Assembly (NCBI GenBank): GCA_963815195.1
Contig: CAWFGE010000008.1
Span: forward strand, 576,001-640,000
DNA from: an uncultured Planctomycetaceae bacterium
Lineage (GTDB): Bacteria; Planctomycetota; Planctomycetia; Planctomycetales; Planctomycetaceae
DNA length: 64,000 bases
Reading direction: 5' to 3'
Below the pieces are notes generated by a model. It ran no database searches and was not told the DNA's origin. It saw only the letters and a program-made list of their open reading frames with translations. The translations under genes and the position numbers were made by a program. This document shows, piece by piece, positions 22,046-33,533 of this stretch (position 1 is the stretch's first letter; each line of letters opens with the position of its first letter).

Positions 22046-22885
22046 ATGCAAAAAACGTCGCGACGACGCTCTTCGTCCGCCGTCCAATCTCCGCTCGAAA
22101 CCTACCTGCGGGAGATCAACGAGACGGCACTGCTCACTGCCAGGGAAGAGAAGGAACTCTCCAATCGGATTGCCCAAGGAGACAACGCCGCCCGCGACCA
22201 GATGGTCCGCGCCAACTTGCGATTGGTCGTGAATATCGCCCGGGCCTACACCGGCAAAGGCCTGCCGCTGCCGGACTTGATCGAAGAAGGGAACCTGGGG
22301 CTGTTGCGGGCGGTCGAGGGCTTCGATCCCACGATGAATACCCGCTTTAGCACGTATGCCAGTTATTGGATCAAGCAGTCCATCAAGCGGGCCTTGGTGA
22401 ACTCGGCGAAGACGATTCGCATCCCCGCCTACATGGTGGAACTGCTCTCCAAATGGCGGCGGGCGACGGCGAAGCTGCAGGATGCGCTCAACCGCACGCC
22501 TACGCCGGAAGAAGTCGCCGCCGAATTGGGCCTGCCCAAGAAAAAGCTCAAGATCGTCAAAAAGGCGATCCAGCTTTATAACTCGACCCCGCAGTCCGAC
22601 CAGTCGGACAGCGGCTGGTCGCTGGGGGAAATGATCGCCGACGACCGGGCCAAGGGACCGGAAGCGGAGATGATCGAGATCGACAACATCAAGCACGTTT
22701 ACGACATGCTGGAGGAGATGGAGCCGCGGGAAGCGACCATCCTCCGCATGCGGTTCGGCCTGGACGATTCGGAACCGCGCACGCTCAAGGAAATCGGCGA
22801 GACGCTGGGCCTGACCCGCGAACGCGTCCGCCAGATTGAAAACGAAGCCCTCAACCGCCTCGCCCGCGGCCTGACGGGCGACTAA
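22046..22885 (+). CDS. RNA polymerase sigma-70 family factor (RpoD/RpoS-like, short)
   Basis: YLREI, NLRLVVNIAR, DLIEEGNLGL, FSTYASYWIKQSI, TLKEIGETLGLTRERVRQIE. Confidence 0.95.
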   Translation: MQKTSRRRSSSAVQSPLETYLREINETALLTAREEKELSNRIAQGDNAARDQMVRANLRLVVNIARAYTGKGLPLPDLIEEGNLGLLRAVEGFDPTMNTRFSTYASYWIKQSIKRALVNSAKTIRIPAYMVELLSKWRRATAKLQDALNRTPTPEEVAAELGLPKKKLKIVKKAIQLYNSTPQSDQSDSGWSLGEMIADDRAKGPEAEMIEIDNIKHVYDMLEEMEPREATILRMRFGLDDSEPRTLKEIGETLGLTRERVRQIENEALNRLARGLTGD

Positions 22886-22964
22886 AGTGAGCGGCCGGCG
22901 CTCGCCGCGGCCGGTCTTGATTTCGGTGGTCTGCGTTCATCAAAACCCGAGGCGAGCCTTCGGC

Positions 22965-24521
22965 TTACTGTGTTGGCTTGTCCTTGGGCGCGGGCTGCTC
23001 GCGGAACACGAACATCAGCCGGATTGGACTTGCGTTCGGCTTCCGCTCGGCTTCCGCTTTGCCGATTTCCGCCAGGGGGGCCGTTTCGGTTCGCTTCCGT
23101 CCGCCGGCGTTCGAATCGGGCTTCGGGGAAGCGGGGGCATTGGGCTTCGCCTGCTTCCGGGCCAACCAATCATCGGCCGGCGTCTGCACCATCAACTGAA
23201 AGGATTCCGTTCCCGCGTTGTTTCCCGCCGCCTGATCCTGGTTCTCGGGAACGTGAAGTTTTGAGAGATCGAGCGCGGCGATGGAGGGCTGCGGCTGGGC
23301 GCGATCGGGCTCCGGTTTGTCCCGCGGCGCGGATTTTTCGCCTGGAGCCTTGGGCGGTGCCATTTTCTTGGGAAGCGACTCGGCGGCGTCTTTTCGAGAT
23401 TCGTAACTCTGCACCGACTGGGCCAGCGTTTGCGGGGATTTGCCGGCAAACCGCACAGCCCGGCGGTTCCCCAGGCTCGGAATCAGCACCGGAATCTCGT
23501 TCATCGCCAGCGTGGTCTTGGCTTCCAGCCCGGAAATTGCATGTTCCCGCCGGAGCATCGCCAGCGTGGAACTCAACTGGTCGCTGGTGGATTGCACGTA
23601 GAGTCCGTAATTCGAACCGGCTTTGACGATCGCTCCATCACCCAAGGCCAAGGGCGGGGCCGCGTTCAATTGGAAGTTTCCCGGCGGGACGGCGTGTTGA
23701 GCAAACAGGACTTGCAGTTGACCCAGCGTTTTTTGCACATCGACAACCGTGACTTCCACAATCACCACCCGCCCATCCTGCCGCTGGGCCAATTCCAGAA
23801 TCTGCCCGACTTGGGGATCGGCCCGCATGGGTGGGCCGACAAACCCGCCGGAGCCTCCAAATCCCCCGCCGGCGGCTCCAAAACTTGCACCGGCCATGCT
23901 GGGAGTGAATTCGGGCGCGATCCCCTTTCCGGGTGTTTCGGCCGGTTTGGGGAGCGGTGGCGGCGAAGCGAGCTTGTTCGCGGCCGCGGATTGCCGCCCC
24001 GCCAGCAAGTCGCCTTCGGAGCCCAGGTGCACCGGCTGTTTGGTCCGCGGTTCGGTTTGCTGTTTTAAGACCGGAAACGTTTCGGCGTCCCTTGGCGGGA
24101 ACTCCGCGGGAGATTGGGACTTCGCCGCCAGGCTCGGATTGGAGTCCCCCGGTTGCGGTCGATTCCACCACGAAGGAACCCACACAGTCAACAGCACCAC
24201 AGCCACCGCGGCCGTCGTCAGCATTTGCAGCACAACCCCCGTCCTCACAGATATTCCCCAAGAGCGTTTCGAGGCTGGCTCCGCCAACGGCGCGGCCGGT
24301 TGCTCGGCGGCCAATCGGTTTTGCACGGCGGCCTTTAAGCCGGCGGGGGCGGGCTCGGCGGGGAGTTGGCGGAGGATGTCCGACAACCGCCGAATCTCCG
24401 CCAATTCGCGGCGGGCTGCGGGCGATTCCGAGATCCGGTGGGCGGTCTCTTCGCGCTCCGATGGGGAAACCTCCTCATCGAAATACGCGGAGAGGGCCTC
24501 GGTGGGCTGGGGCTGGTTCAT
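22965..24521 (-). CDS. Putative membrane anti-sigma factor
   Basis: EALSAYFDEEVS N-terminus, single TM helix, directly downstream of an ECF sigma gene. Confidence 0.75.
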   Translation of the reverse strand: MNQPQPTEALSAYFDEEVSPSEREETAHRISESPAARRELAEIRRLSDILRQLPAEPAPAGLKAAVQNRLAAEQPAAPLAEPASKRSWGISVRTGVVLQMLTTAAVAVVLLTVWVPSWWNRPQPGDSNPSLAAKSQSPAEFPPRDAETFPVLKQQTEPRTKQPVHLGSEGDLLAGRQSAAANKLASPPPLPKPAETPGKGIAPEFTPSMAGASFGAAGGGFGGSGGFVGPPMRADPQVGQILELAQRQDGRVVIVEVTVVDVQKTLGQLQVLFAQHAVPPGNFQLNAAPPLALGDGAIVKAGSNYGLYVQSTSDQLSSTLAMLRREHAISGLEAKTTLAMNEIPVLIPSLGNRRAVRFAGKSPQTLAQSVQSYESRKDAAESLPKKMAPPKAPGEKSAPRDKPEPDRAQPQPSIAALDLSKLHVPENQDQAAGNNAGTESFQLMVQTPADDWLARKQAKPNAPASPKPDSNAGGRKRTETAPLAEIGKAEAERKPNASPIRLMFVFREQPAPKDKPTQ

Positions 24522-24568
24522 GGCAAGGGAAGGACTTTTCTGGCATCAACGTTCTTGGCGGCCGGGGT

Positions 24569-25264
24569 TCAAGGCAAATCGTCCTTGAACAGCACGGCCA
24601 GTCTTTCGCGGAGTTCGCTCCGCGCGCGGTGGATTCGGCTGCGGACCGTCCCGATGGGGCAGCCCACGATTTCTGCAATCTCCTCGTATCTCAAATCTTC
24701 CATTTCCTTAAGCACGAGCACGGTGCGGTATTCTTCCGACAATTCCGCGAGGGCCGCGCGGACCAACGCCTGCCGTTCCGACACCTCCATCGAATGCGAA
24801 GGCTGAGAGAACGGATGACCGTCGACGGGTTCGTGCCCGGAGTTTTCGCGGGCGGCATCGAGGGAAGCAGACATCCGGCGGTCGCGTCGTTTGCGGCTGA
24901 CGGCGGCATTCATCGCGATGCGAAACAACCACGAATAAAACGCCGATTCGCCGCGAAAAGTGGACAATTTCGCAAACGCATGAACAAAAGCGTCCTGGGC
25001 GACGTCCTGGGCCTGGTCCGCCGCCCCCGTGACGTACAACAACGTGTGAAACAACCGATCTTGATAACGCACCACCAACTCGCCGAAGGCTTCGCTCCGG
25101 CCAGACAGACACTCCTCGATGAGTTGTAGGTCGTCATTATTCACGGCATTTGAGGCTAAGACGCTCGAATCGGAGGCGGAGTTCCCGGTTTTCGGGGGAT
25201 TTTCACGGATCGACCCCGCGGTCGGCTCGATTTCCTGATTGGTGGCGGCGGAGTGGTTGACCAT
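24569..25264 (-). CDS. ECF (RpoE-like) sigma factor; start uncertain (alternative GTG at 25144)
   Basis: AFGELVVRYQ, DVAQDAF, FYSWLFRIAMN, YEEIAEIVGCPIGTVRSRIHRAR. Confidence 0.93.
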   Translation of the reverse strand: MVNHSAATNQEIEPTAGSIRENPPKTGNSASDSSVLASNAVNNDDLQLIEECLSGRSEAFGELVVRYQDRLFHTLLYVTGAADQAQDVAQDAFVHAFAKLSTFRGESAFYSWLFRIAMNAAVSRKRRDRRMSASLDAARENSGHEPVDGHPFSQPSHSMEVSERQALVRAALAELSEEYRTVLVLKEMEDLRYEEIAEIVGCPIGTVRSRIHRARSELRERLAVLFKDDLP

Positions 25265-25503
25265 GATCGCGGATCGGCAGCGAAAAGGAAGGGATTCGGT
25301 CTGTTGTCGATCAAGACGCCCGACCCCGGCCGATCCCAACGGAAAATCGCGGGAAAAACCGGTTTGGAAAGAAACGCGGCGCTCGATCGGCCTCCTACCC
25401 CTCCATCTTAAGCAATGCGGGACAGAGAGTCACCGGTGCAGTTGAAGAATTCATGTTCTCTTCCCGTAACGGCGGCTTCCAGCCGACGACGCTACGGGCG
25501 GCA

Positions 25504-27093
25504 TCAACCCGCGGCCGCGCTCAAAGGTTGTTTGGCGGCGGGTTTTTGCGGGGCGGGCGGCGTCTGGGCAAGGGTGACGGTTTGCGGCCGGCGGCTGAGC
25601 CAGAACGTGTAAACCAACCCGGCAAGAAACAATCCCACGCTGACCCATTGCGAAATGGTAAAACGTGTGCCGAACTGCCCCATCTCGTCTCCGCGGAGAT
25701 ATTCGAGCGAAAACCGCGTGATGGGATACGTCAGCATGCCCATCGCCAACACCGCTCCGTCGCGGTTGCGGTAGCGGAAATAGGTCGCGGTCAAAAACGC
25801 CAAGACCAGGGCGTTCAGGGAACTGTAAATCTGCGTCGGCTGGAGCGGCATGCTCCACGGGCTGTCCGGCGAAACGAAGCCCCGCAGCACAAGGGCCGTG
25901 TCCGGCACGCTGCCCAAGGGGAAATGAATCGCCCAGGGCAATTCGCAGCGGTCGCCGTAACAGCAACCATTCATCAGACAGCCCACACGTCCAAACGCCA
26001 GCGCCAGAAAGAAACCGGGGACGGCAATGTCGGCGATCAGCAGCGGCTTGAGTTTGCGGTAATAGCAATAGCCGATCACAAAGGCGGACGCACACAACAC
26101 GCCGCCCAGCAACACCAGTCCGCCCTCTTGCAACTCGAAAGGGGCTTTGATGAGATCGAATCCGGATTTCCCGCGGAAGACTTCGTCGCGGTACTGCACG
26201 AGATAAAACAGCCTCGCTCCCGCGATCCCCACGAACAACGCCCAGATCCCCATATCCCAAATCATCTCGCCCGGAATCCCCACCCGCCGGGCGAGCCGCG
26301 CCGCGGTCAGTCCCGCCGCGAGAAACCCCAAAAACATCATAAATCCATACCCGCGGATGGGCAGCGATTGCGGGAAGGCCTGCACAAAACGCGGTGCGAC
26401 GTAGGCGTGGTGATCGCGATAGTCTTCGAGCCTCTCGCGAATCTCCGGCAGCCGGCCGCGAATCAGCCGATCCGGCGAAACGTCCGCGGAGCGGGCGGCG
26501 ATTTGGCAAACCTGTTCGGCTTTGGAGAAATCTCCGCTCTGCGCATACGCCGCGGCCAGAGTGTCCCAGTGCAGAGCGTTTTTGGGATCGGCTTTCTCCA
26601 AGGCGGTTTCGGCCAGGCGGACGGCTTTCGCCCCGTCGCGGAAACTCTCATCGGGACACGTCGCCCGCAACCAGGCCAACGGCAAATACCCCGCATCGCG
26701 ATCGGGTGCCGCGTCGATGGCCGCCTGAAAATCCTTCGCGGCCTCGGCATATTCGTAAACCTGGGCGTGCGCGAGGCCCCGCGTCACATAATGGTCGGCC
26801 AGTTGCGGGCTTTGGACCTGCTGCTCAATAATGCTCGTCTGCATTTCGATCATATTCCGCGGTCCGGATTCGACCCAAGCGGGAACGTTTACGATCACAA
26901 ACGCCCCCGCGGCCCAGATCAATGCGGGCAAGAGCACTTCGCCCAACCGCAGTTGCCGGCGATTCCGGAACAGCCAATATCCGCCGGCCAGGACCCACAG
27001 CACCAGGACCAGCCCGTAACCAAACCCCGGCACGCTGAACAGGCCGAACGACCAGTCGGCATCCAGGGGAATCCGGAAGAGAGTTTGTCGCAT
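25504..27093 (-). CDS. lgt: Prolipoprotein diacylglyceryl transferase with TPR insertion
   Basis: IRGYGFM, GARLFY, GGLVLLGG, GRVGCLMNGCCYG, QPTQIY, RFSLEYLRGD. Confidence 0.9.
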   Translation of the reverse strand: MRQTLFRIPLDADWSFGLFSVPGFGYGLVLVLWVLAGGYWLFRNRRQLRLGEVLLPALIWAAGAFVIVNVPAWVESGPRNMIEMQTSIIEQQVQSPQLADHYVTRGLAHAQVYEYAEAAKDFQAAIDAAPDRDAGYLPLAWLRATCPDESFRDGAKAVRLAETALEKADPKNALHWDTLAAAYAQSGDFSKAEQVCQIAARSADVSPDRLIRGRLPEIRERLEDYRDHHAYVAPRFVQAFPQSLPIRGYGFMMFLGFLAAGLTAARLARRVGIPGEMIWDMGIWALFVGIAGARLFYLVQYRDEVFRGKSGFDLIKAPFELQEGGLVLLGGVLCASAFVIGYCYYRKLKPLLIADIAVPGFFLALAFGRVGCLMNGCCYGDRCELPWAIHFPLGSVPDTALVLRGFVSPDSPWSMPLQPTQIYSSLNALVLAFLTATYFRYRNRDGAVLAMGMLTYPITRFSLEYLRGDEMGQFGTRFTISQWVSVGLFLAGLVYTFWLSRRPQTVTLAQTPPAPQKPAAKQPLSAAAG

Positions 27094-27215
27094 GAATTCA
27101 GAATTCCATTTCGGGAGTCAAATGGGGCAGGCGGCGAGGGGCGATGACAAAAACGCTGCCGGGGTGATAACGATTCGAGGGAGAGGATGTCAACGCGGAA
27201 AGAACGCCGGGTCGG

Positions 27216-28139
27216 CTAACTCGCGGCGTCCGAACGTTCGAGGAGTTGGTTGTCGATCAAGCGCGTCTGGCCCACCTGGGCGGCGACCAAAGCGATCATT
27301 CGAGCCTGGGGAGCCGAGAGTTCTTCCAAGGTGCCGGGGTCGACGATTGTTGCATAATCGGGTTCGACGCGGGGCGTGGACTCCAACAGTTCCCGCATGT
27401 CCTGGCGGATGGATTCGAGGTTGGTTTCTCCCGCGCGGATTTTTTCTTGGGCCAGGTTCAAACTCTTGGGCAACGCCAAAGCGGCTTCGCGTTCCTCGGC
27501 GGAGAGGTATTGATTCCGGCTGCTGAGCGCCAAGCCGTCGGCATCGCGAACGGTGGGACATGCCTTGATCTCGGTGGGGACGTGCAAATCGTCGCACATC
27601 CGGCGGATGATGGTGAGTTGCTGATAATCCTTCTGTCCGAAATACGCGACATCCGCCTGGGCGATGTTGAACAGCTTGAGCACCACGGTCGTCACGCCGC
27701 GAAAATGGCCGGGCCGCTGCCGGCCTTCCCAAGCCGTCGAGAGCCCCCCGACTTCCACCGCCGTGTCGAATCCCGGGGGATAAAGCGCCTCTCGCGCGGG
27801 ATGGAAAACCAAATCCACGCCCAGCGTTTGGCAGGCCTCGACATCCTGCTCGAAGGGACGGGGATAGCGCTCGAAATCCTCGCGGGGTCCGAATTGCAGA
27901 GGGTTCACAAAGATCGTGACCACGACGACATCGCATTCGGCGCGAGCCATTCGCATCAAGCTCAAGTGACCAGCGTGCAGGGCCCCCATCGTGGGCACAA
28001 GGCCGATCCGCTGGCCGTCCTGCCGGGCAGGGGCCAAGTGCAGCCGCAGCGCGTCCGGCTTATCCACAACCCTCAACTGGGGTTGCGTGGATTCTTCCGG
28101 CAGGGCCTCTTCGGGAGCCGGCGACGGTTCGGTGCTCAT
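27216..28139 (-). CDS. panC: Pantoate-beta-alanine ligase
   Basis: VPTMGALHAGH, IFVNPLQF, RPGHFRGV, YFGQKDYQQ, DGLALSSRN, TRLIDN. Confidence 0.97.
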   Translation of the reverse strand: MSTEPSPAPEEALPEESTQPQLRVVDKPDALRLHLAPARQDGQRIGLVPTMGALHAGHLSLMRMARAECDVVVVTIFVNPLQFGPREDFERYPRPFEQDVEACQTLGVDLVFHPAREALYPPGFDTAVEVGGLSTAWEGRQRPGHFRGVTTVVLKLFNIAQADVAYFGQKDYQQLTIIRRMCDDLHVPTEIKACPTVRDADGLALSSRNQYLSAEEREAALALPKSLNLAQEKIRAGETNLESIRQDMRELLESTPRVEPDYATIVDPGTLEELSAPQARMIALVAAQVGQTRLIDNQLLERSDAAS

Positions 28140-28312
28140 GGGGGGGCGTCCTTCGGCGTGGAACTCTTTGGAGTCACACGCCTTGCGGGGATTCATCGGG
28201 AACGAAGGCGTCCCCGAATTTTATCCCGTCGGCTCCCCCGGGTGAATGGCGATTTTTTCCCGCCAAGAATCTCCGCGCCCCGCATTGAGGCGTTTTCCCT
28301 CGCTCAAACCCG

Positions 28313-29341
28313 CTAGGATTCCTGGGAGAGCGTCTTTTTGTCGAGCGATTGAAACCGCTCGCGAATCTGGATGAACTGCTCCTCGCAGCCGAGAAACACA
28401 TCCACCAGAAACGGATCGAACTGCGTGCCCCGGCCTTCCCCGATAATCTCTTTCGAGGTGTCGTGGCTGTATTCGGGCTTGTACACCCGCTTGCTGGTGA
28501 GGGCGTCGTACACGTCGGCGATGGCGGTGATGCGTCCGCACAGCGGAATCTGGCTCCCGGCCAGTCCGTAGGGATAACCCGCGCCGTTGAAGCGTTCGTG
28601 ATGCGTGAACGCGATGTCGCGGGCCATCGACAGGAATTTCGCTTCCGGATGGGCCTGGGCCGCCGCCAACAGCGTGTTGCCGCCGATGATGGTATGCTGC
28701 TTCATGATCTCGAACTCGGCTTCCGTGAGTGCTCCGGGCTTGAGGAGCACATCGTCGGGAATGCCGACTTTGCCGATGTCGTGAAGCGGACTGGTCAGAT
28801 ACAACAGTTGAACATAGTCCCCGTCGACGTCGTTGGCATACCGCTTGGTGTGCGTGAGTTCGCGGGCGAGGATCCGGCAGTATTCGCGCATCCGCTCCAG
28901 GTGGGCCCCGGTTTCCGTGTCCCGCGATTCGGCGAGTTTCGCCAAGGCAAAAATCGTCAAATCCCGGCTTTCCAGCGTGAGGATTCGCTCGGCCGTTTTG
29001 AGGCGAACCCGCACGTCTTCGGGATGAAACGGCTTGGTCAGAAAGTCGTCCGCTCCCGCTTCCAATCCGCGCACGGCGTTTTCGACGCCGCTGTACGACG
29101 TCAGCAGAATGAAATAAATGTACGAACTCCAAGACCGCTGCCGAACCTGCCGGCAGAGTTCCAGCCCGCTCATTCCGGGCATCTCCCAATCGGAGATGAC
29201 GAGATGGTAGTTCCCGGACCGGATGAGGGCGAACGCCTCCGCGCCGTCGTGCGCCAAGGTCACGTCGTACCCGAAGTTCTCCAACGAGTTCTTGAGCATT
29301 TCCGCGGAGATGACATCGTCATCGGTGACCAATACCCGCAT
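28313..29341 (-). CDS. Response regulator with HD-GYP phosphodiesterase domain
   Basis: REC (SDWEMPGMSG, FLTKP); ETGAHLER, LHDIGKVGIPD, HHERFNGAGYP, ADVYDAL. Confidence 0.95.
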   Translation of the reverse strand: MRVLVTDDDVISAEMLKNSLENFGYDVTLAHDGAEAFALIRSGNYHLVISDWEMPGMSGLELCRQVRQRSWSSYIYFILLTSYSGVENAVRGLEAGADDFLTKPFHPEDVRVRLKTAERILTLESRDLTIFALAKLAESRDTETGAHLERMREYCRILARELTHTKRYANDVDGDYVQLLYLTSPLHDIGKVGIPDDVLLKPGALTEAEFEIMKQHTIIGGNTLLAAAQAHPEAKFLSMARDIAFTHHERFNGAGYPYGLAGSQIPLCGRITAIADVYDALTSKRVYKPEYSHDTSKEIIGEGRGTQFDPFLVDVFLGCEEQFIQIRERFQSLDKKTLSQES

Positions 29342-29344
29342 GAG

Positions 29345-29749
29345 TTAACCCCTGGGAGGAGTGGAGTTCTCGAAGGAAGACGCGAAGCCGGCTTCAAAAA
29401 GCTGGGACGCCTCCAAAAACCGCTGCTGCTCGCGGCGGATCGCCAGCCCGAACGAACCGAGCAGCTGGACGTCGCCGCCTTTCGCCAATTCGGCGATTTC
29501 CGCGGCCAGGCGGTGGATGCCGCGCGCGGAAACGTTCGAAGAGGTCCCTTTGACCCGGTGCGCGATGACGGCGATCTGATCCACGTCGCCGCAATCGATC
29601 GCCGACTCGAGCGCATCGAGATCCGCGGCGAACTGGCGCGCGAAGGATTGCAAAATGCGTTTCGCGAAATGGCGGTTGCCCATGCAGCGCGTGAGCAAAT
29701 CGTCCTGGTCGATCACACATTCGGTTGGCATCAGGTGGCTGGCGGACAT
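29345..29749 (-). CDS. Stand-alone Hpt domain protein
   Basis: AHRVKGTSSNVSA phospho-His motif. Confidence 0.85.
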   Translation of the reverse strand: MSASHLMPTECVIDQDDLLTRCMGNRHFAKRILQSFARQFAADLDALESAIDCGDVDQIAVIAHRVKGTSSNVSARGIHRLAAEIAELAKGGDVQLLGSFGLAIRREQQRFLEASQLFEAGFASSFENSTPPRG

Positions 29750-30241
29750 CTTCTGGCCCTCGACGATAAATGATCCCACACGGAGAAGCGGGCATCCCTG
29801 TTTCCCCGTCATCGCGCATCGCGAGTACGAATAAACTTACGTCAGACATTGGCGAGATGCGTGTTTCAGTGTCGCCGGTGGGCAACAACTCGCAAACTCG
29901 CGCAGCCCTCACGCGGGAAATTTCGGATAGTTCTTTGGAATGGGAAATGCCGTTTTTTGAAAACACGACATCCCAAATGGTGACTTCTTAAAACATAGGT
30001 GACATCCCCAGGTTGTCAAAAAATAAACGCACATTTGCGGGGAAGTCTTGAGAGAATCACCCAAAACCCCGCAAACCCCAACCGAAATCCCTCCCCGGCC
30101 GCACGTCTTCGGGAGCGGCGGTTTCCAGCCGGCGTCAGGGTTCGAGCGGCGCGAGGAGCCCGGAAGCATCGGCCAGCGGATCGAATGTGCCGACGGCAAC
30201 GCTTTTGCGGCCCAAAGCCGTTGTTCGCCGCCCCCGCCGCA

Positions 30242-30694
30242 TCAATCGCGATCGCTGTAGGCGTCCTTGGACGCGTGGCCGTTGCCGTCGCGGCTGCGAA
30301 GTTCGGCGACCTGGCGTTCGAGGTCCTGTTGCTTCTGACGGACTCGGGAGAGGGCGGCCTGCGAATGGGTCTTGGTGGAAAGCATATCCCCCAAGGCCAT
30401 CACGATGACCCACATCGTCAATAGCAGCACCACGATCCAAACGATCGTGGCCGGCAGGGGGTTCTTGTTGCGGTCGATCAGCCAATCGCCTAAGGGGATC
30501 AAGATTCCCAACAGCACCAAAATCCCGGAGGTCTGCATTCGCCGGCGGTAGCGGGCGTAGAAATGCTTGCGGTCGTTGGGGTCGAGGCCGGGATCGTTTT
30601 TCTCCTGCCTCCATTCCTGGATATGCCAGCGGAGGAACAATACGCCTGTCACGAACAGGCCCCCGCCGACTCCCACCGCGATCCAAGATTTCAT
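30242..30694 (-). CDS. Hypothetical membrane protein
   Basis: Three TM segments and a C-terminal coiled coil. Confidence 0.75.
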   Translation of the reverse strand: MKSWIAVGVGGGLFVTGVLFLRWHIQEWRQEKNDPGLDPNDRKHFYARYRRRMQTSGILVLLGILIPLGDWLIDRNKNPLPATIVWIVVLLLTMWVIVMALGDMLSTKTHSQAALSRVRQKQQDLERQVAELRSRDGNGHASKDAYSDRD

Positions 30695-30981
30695 TCCGAA
30701 GACTCGTCTCGAATAAGATCAAAACCGAACGCCCGCACTGCCATCATAGACAAGCTGCGGACGGATTGCACGGTCAGCCTCGGGTCTCGATGAATGGGTG
30801 TGTGTTTCATAAAAATAGGTGGCTCGTCTTTCGCCCTATTTTCCAGGGGATTGGGTGGCACGTTCCTGAGCGGAGCGAAGGGCGTGGCCAGGCGCAAAGA
30901 CCACGCCCTTCGTTCCTCAGGGCGTGCCATCCAAGTCCGTACCGACTTCTGTGAAACACACACAACGAATTCGCCAAAAAC

Positions 30982-31011
30982 CAAGGCCGGCGGCTAGCGC
31001 CGTACCGCTCA
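30982..31011. repeat. Half copy of the 96-bp REP-like unit
   Basis: CAAGGCCGGCGGCTAGCGCCGTACCGCTCA matches the right arm of the units at 46853-47230. Confidence 0.7.
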
Positions 31012-31043
31012 CGTTGGCGGAATAGGGGATTTCAAACGGGTTC

Positions 31044-33128
31044 TTAACTCATGCCGCCGGTTTCGCGGTGTTCGATGTCATTGTCCACGGGGCGGATTTC
31101 GAGCTGGTCGGTGCCGTGCTTGCTGTGGGTGCCGGGGCTGATCTGCGGGCTGGTCTTGTGTTCGTCGAGGATGCGTTTGAGATGATCCGCATCCATCGTT
31201 TCACATTCCAACAGCTCGCGGGCCATGTGCTCCAAAACCTCCCGGCGGGCTTTCAGGATCTCCACGGCGGTTTGGGAACTTTCTTCGATGATCTTTTTGA
31301 CCTCGAGATCGATTTCGCGGATGGTTTGCTCGCTGTGCACGACGTCGCCCGGACCCGCCTGGCTGCCGAGGAAGATGCTCCGCGAGGTTTCGCTGTAGTG
31401 CATGCGGCCGAGTTTTTCGCTCATGCCGAACTCGGTGACCATCCGCCGGGCGATGGTGGTCGCTCGTTGCAGATCGTTCTGGGCCCCGGTGGACGTTTCC
31501 TGAAAGACGATTTCCTCCGCCGCGATCCCGCCGAGCAAACAACAAATCTTGTTTTGCAGTTCGGTCTTGGTGGCGAGTTGGCGCTCGTCTTCGGGGAAGT
31601 GGAGCGTATAGCCCAAACCCATGCCGCGGGGAATGATCGAAATTTTGTGCACCGGGTCGGTGTGCGGCAGGCTGCACGCGACCAGCGCGTGCCCGCATTC
31701 GTGGTAGGACACGCGAAGCTTTTCGTCCTCGTGGATGACCCGGCCCTGTTTTTCGAGACCCGCCACCACGCGCTCGATGCCTTCTTCAAACTCAATCATG
31801 GTGACTTTGTTTTTGTTGGCCCGCGCGGCGAGGAGGGCGGCTTCGTTGACGAGGTTCGCCAAGTCGGCCCCCACGAATCCCGGCGAGATCCGCGCGATCC
31901 GCTGCAGATTCACCGAATCGTCCATTTTGACCTTGGCGGAGTGGACTTTCAGAATCTGCTCGCGGCCTTTGACGTCGGGACGGTCCACAACAACGTGCCG
32001 ATCGAACCGGCCCGGCCGCAAGAGCGCGGGGTCCAAGGTTTCCGGCCGGTTCGTGGCGCCCATCACGATCACGCTTTGATCGGAGGAAAACCCGTCCATT
32101 TCAACAAGTAGGGCGTTTAAGGTTTGCTCGCGCTCGTCGTGGCCGCCGGGCATGCCGCTGCCGCGGGTCTTGCCGAGGGCGTCGAGTTCATCGATGAAAA
32201 TAATCGAAGGCGACCTCGCCCCCGCCTGCTGGAACATGTCCCGCACGCGCGCGGCTCCCACGCCCACGAACATTTCCACAAAATCCGAACCCGACAGGCT
32301 GTAAAACGGCACGCCCGCTTCCCCGGCGACGGCTTTCGCCAAGAGCGTCTTCCCAGTCCCCGGAGGGCCGACCAACAGCACGCCCCGCGGAATCCGCCCG
32401 CCCAAGGCCTGGTATTTGCCCGGCGTGCGGAGAAACTCCACGACTTCGCGAAGCTCATCGACGGCTTCATCGATGCCCGCCACGTCGTCGAATGTGACTT
32501 CCAGATCTTCCTGGGCATACATCCGGCCCCGGCTGCGTCCGAAAGACATCGCGGAACCGGCCCCGCCCATCCGCCGGAACAAAATGATAAAGAACAGCAC
32601 GAACATCATCGGAATGAACAACAGATAGGCGATCTGGTACCACTCCGATGGACCTTCCTTGACGTCGTAGTTAATGCCCTTGGCGAGGAGCTTGTCCGTG
32701 AGTTCCTTCTTCTTGGCGTCGCCGATTTCGAAGATGGGGACGTAATACCGCGTGATCGGCCGGGCGGTCTTGCCGCCGGTTTCGCCCTGGCGGGTTTTGG
32801 CCTCATCGGCCGCTTCGTCGGGGCGGTCCTGAAAGGTGATTTCCTTTGTCCCGATCTCCAGCTTATACACGTTGTTTTTGTTGAAGATCGGCGTCGCCTC
32901 GGGGGAGCTGGGTTCCAGGCCCGCTTCGAACTCGCCCAAAGTGAGTTTGGTGCCGCGCTTGTTGTTGCTCACCCAGACCATCGTCGCCGCGACGACCACG
33001 CCGCCGATGATGAGATACCACAAGATATTATTATTCGCCGGCGGCCGTTCCGACTTGCGGTCGCCCCGCTTGGGTTTCGAGGGACGGGTTTCGTTCGCGG
33101 GTTCGGGGGGCTGTTTTTCTGAAGACAT
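31044..33128 (-). CDS. ftsH: ATP-dependent zinc metalloprotease FtsH
   Basis: Two TM helices, [33 protein letters not shown]. Confidence 0.97.
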   Translation of the reverse strand: MSSEKQPPEPANETRPSKPKRGDRKSERPPANNNILWYLIIGGVVVAATMVWVSNNKRGTKLTLGEFEAGLEPSSPEATPIFNKNNVYKLEIGTKEITFQDRPDEAADEAKTRQGETGGKTARPITRYYVPIFEIGDAKKKELTDKLLAKGINYDVKEGPSEWYQIAYLLFIPMMFVLFFIILFRRMGGAGSAMSFGRSRGRMYAQEDLEVTFDDVAGIDEAVDELREVVEFLRTPGKYQALGGRIPRGVLLVGPPGTGKTLLAKAVAGEAGVPFYSLSGSDFVEMFVGVGAARVRDMFQQAGARSPSIIFIDELDALGKTRGSGMPGGHDEREQTLNALLVEMDGFSSDQSVIVMGATNRPETLDPALLRPGRFDRHVVVDRPDVKGREQILKVHSAKVKMDDSVNLQRIARISPGFVGADLANLVNEAALLAARANKNKVTMIEFEEGIERVVAGLEKQGRVIHEDEKLRVSYHECGHALVACSLPHTDPVHKISIIPRGMGLGYTLHFPEDERQLATKTELQNKICCLLGGIAAEEIVFQETSTGAQNDLQRATTIARRMVTEFGMSEKLGRMHYSETSRSIFLGSQAGPGDVVHSEQTIREIDLEVKKIIEESSQTAVEILKARREVLEHMARELLECETMDADHLKRILDEHKTSPQISPGTHSKHGTDQLEIRPVDNDIEHRETGGMS

Positions 33129-33533
33129 GGCGCTTTGCGATTTATGGATAAGTGAATAAAGATATGTCTGGCGACACCGCTCACTTCGTGCGCGGCTCTT
33201 TGTCATTTTCATCGGCGATACCGCTGACTTCGTGCGCGGCACTTTTTTTCTTTCGCCTCCGGTGGCCTAGGTATTCTACGCCATCGACGTCCCAGGAATT
33301 GTACGCGATTCACCGGCGATTGACACCTACGAAATGGTCTTGCGGCAAGTCGAAGATCGGGATATTCTCCCGCCCTCTCACCCATTTCCAAATTTTCCTC
33401 AAGATTTCTCCTGAATCTGCCGACACACCTCGCCGCACTTTGCAGGCGGAATTTGCAGCGGTTTTTCGAGAAACTTGAGAATCCCGTCTCTCAACGAACC
33501 TGTCACTCATCGCCCCGTCACGGAGTTGGTGTC

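Noticed and set aside
25453..27147. Long antisense ORFs (also 44987-46663, 50091-52148, 61509-62855, 820-2070, 39929-41635)
   Set aside because: These are shadow frames of well-supported genes in high-GC DNA, with no recognisable motifs.
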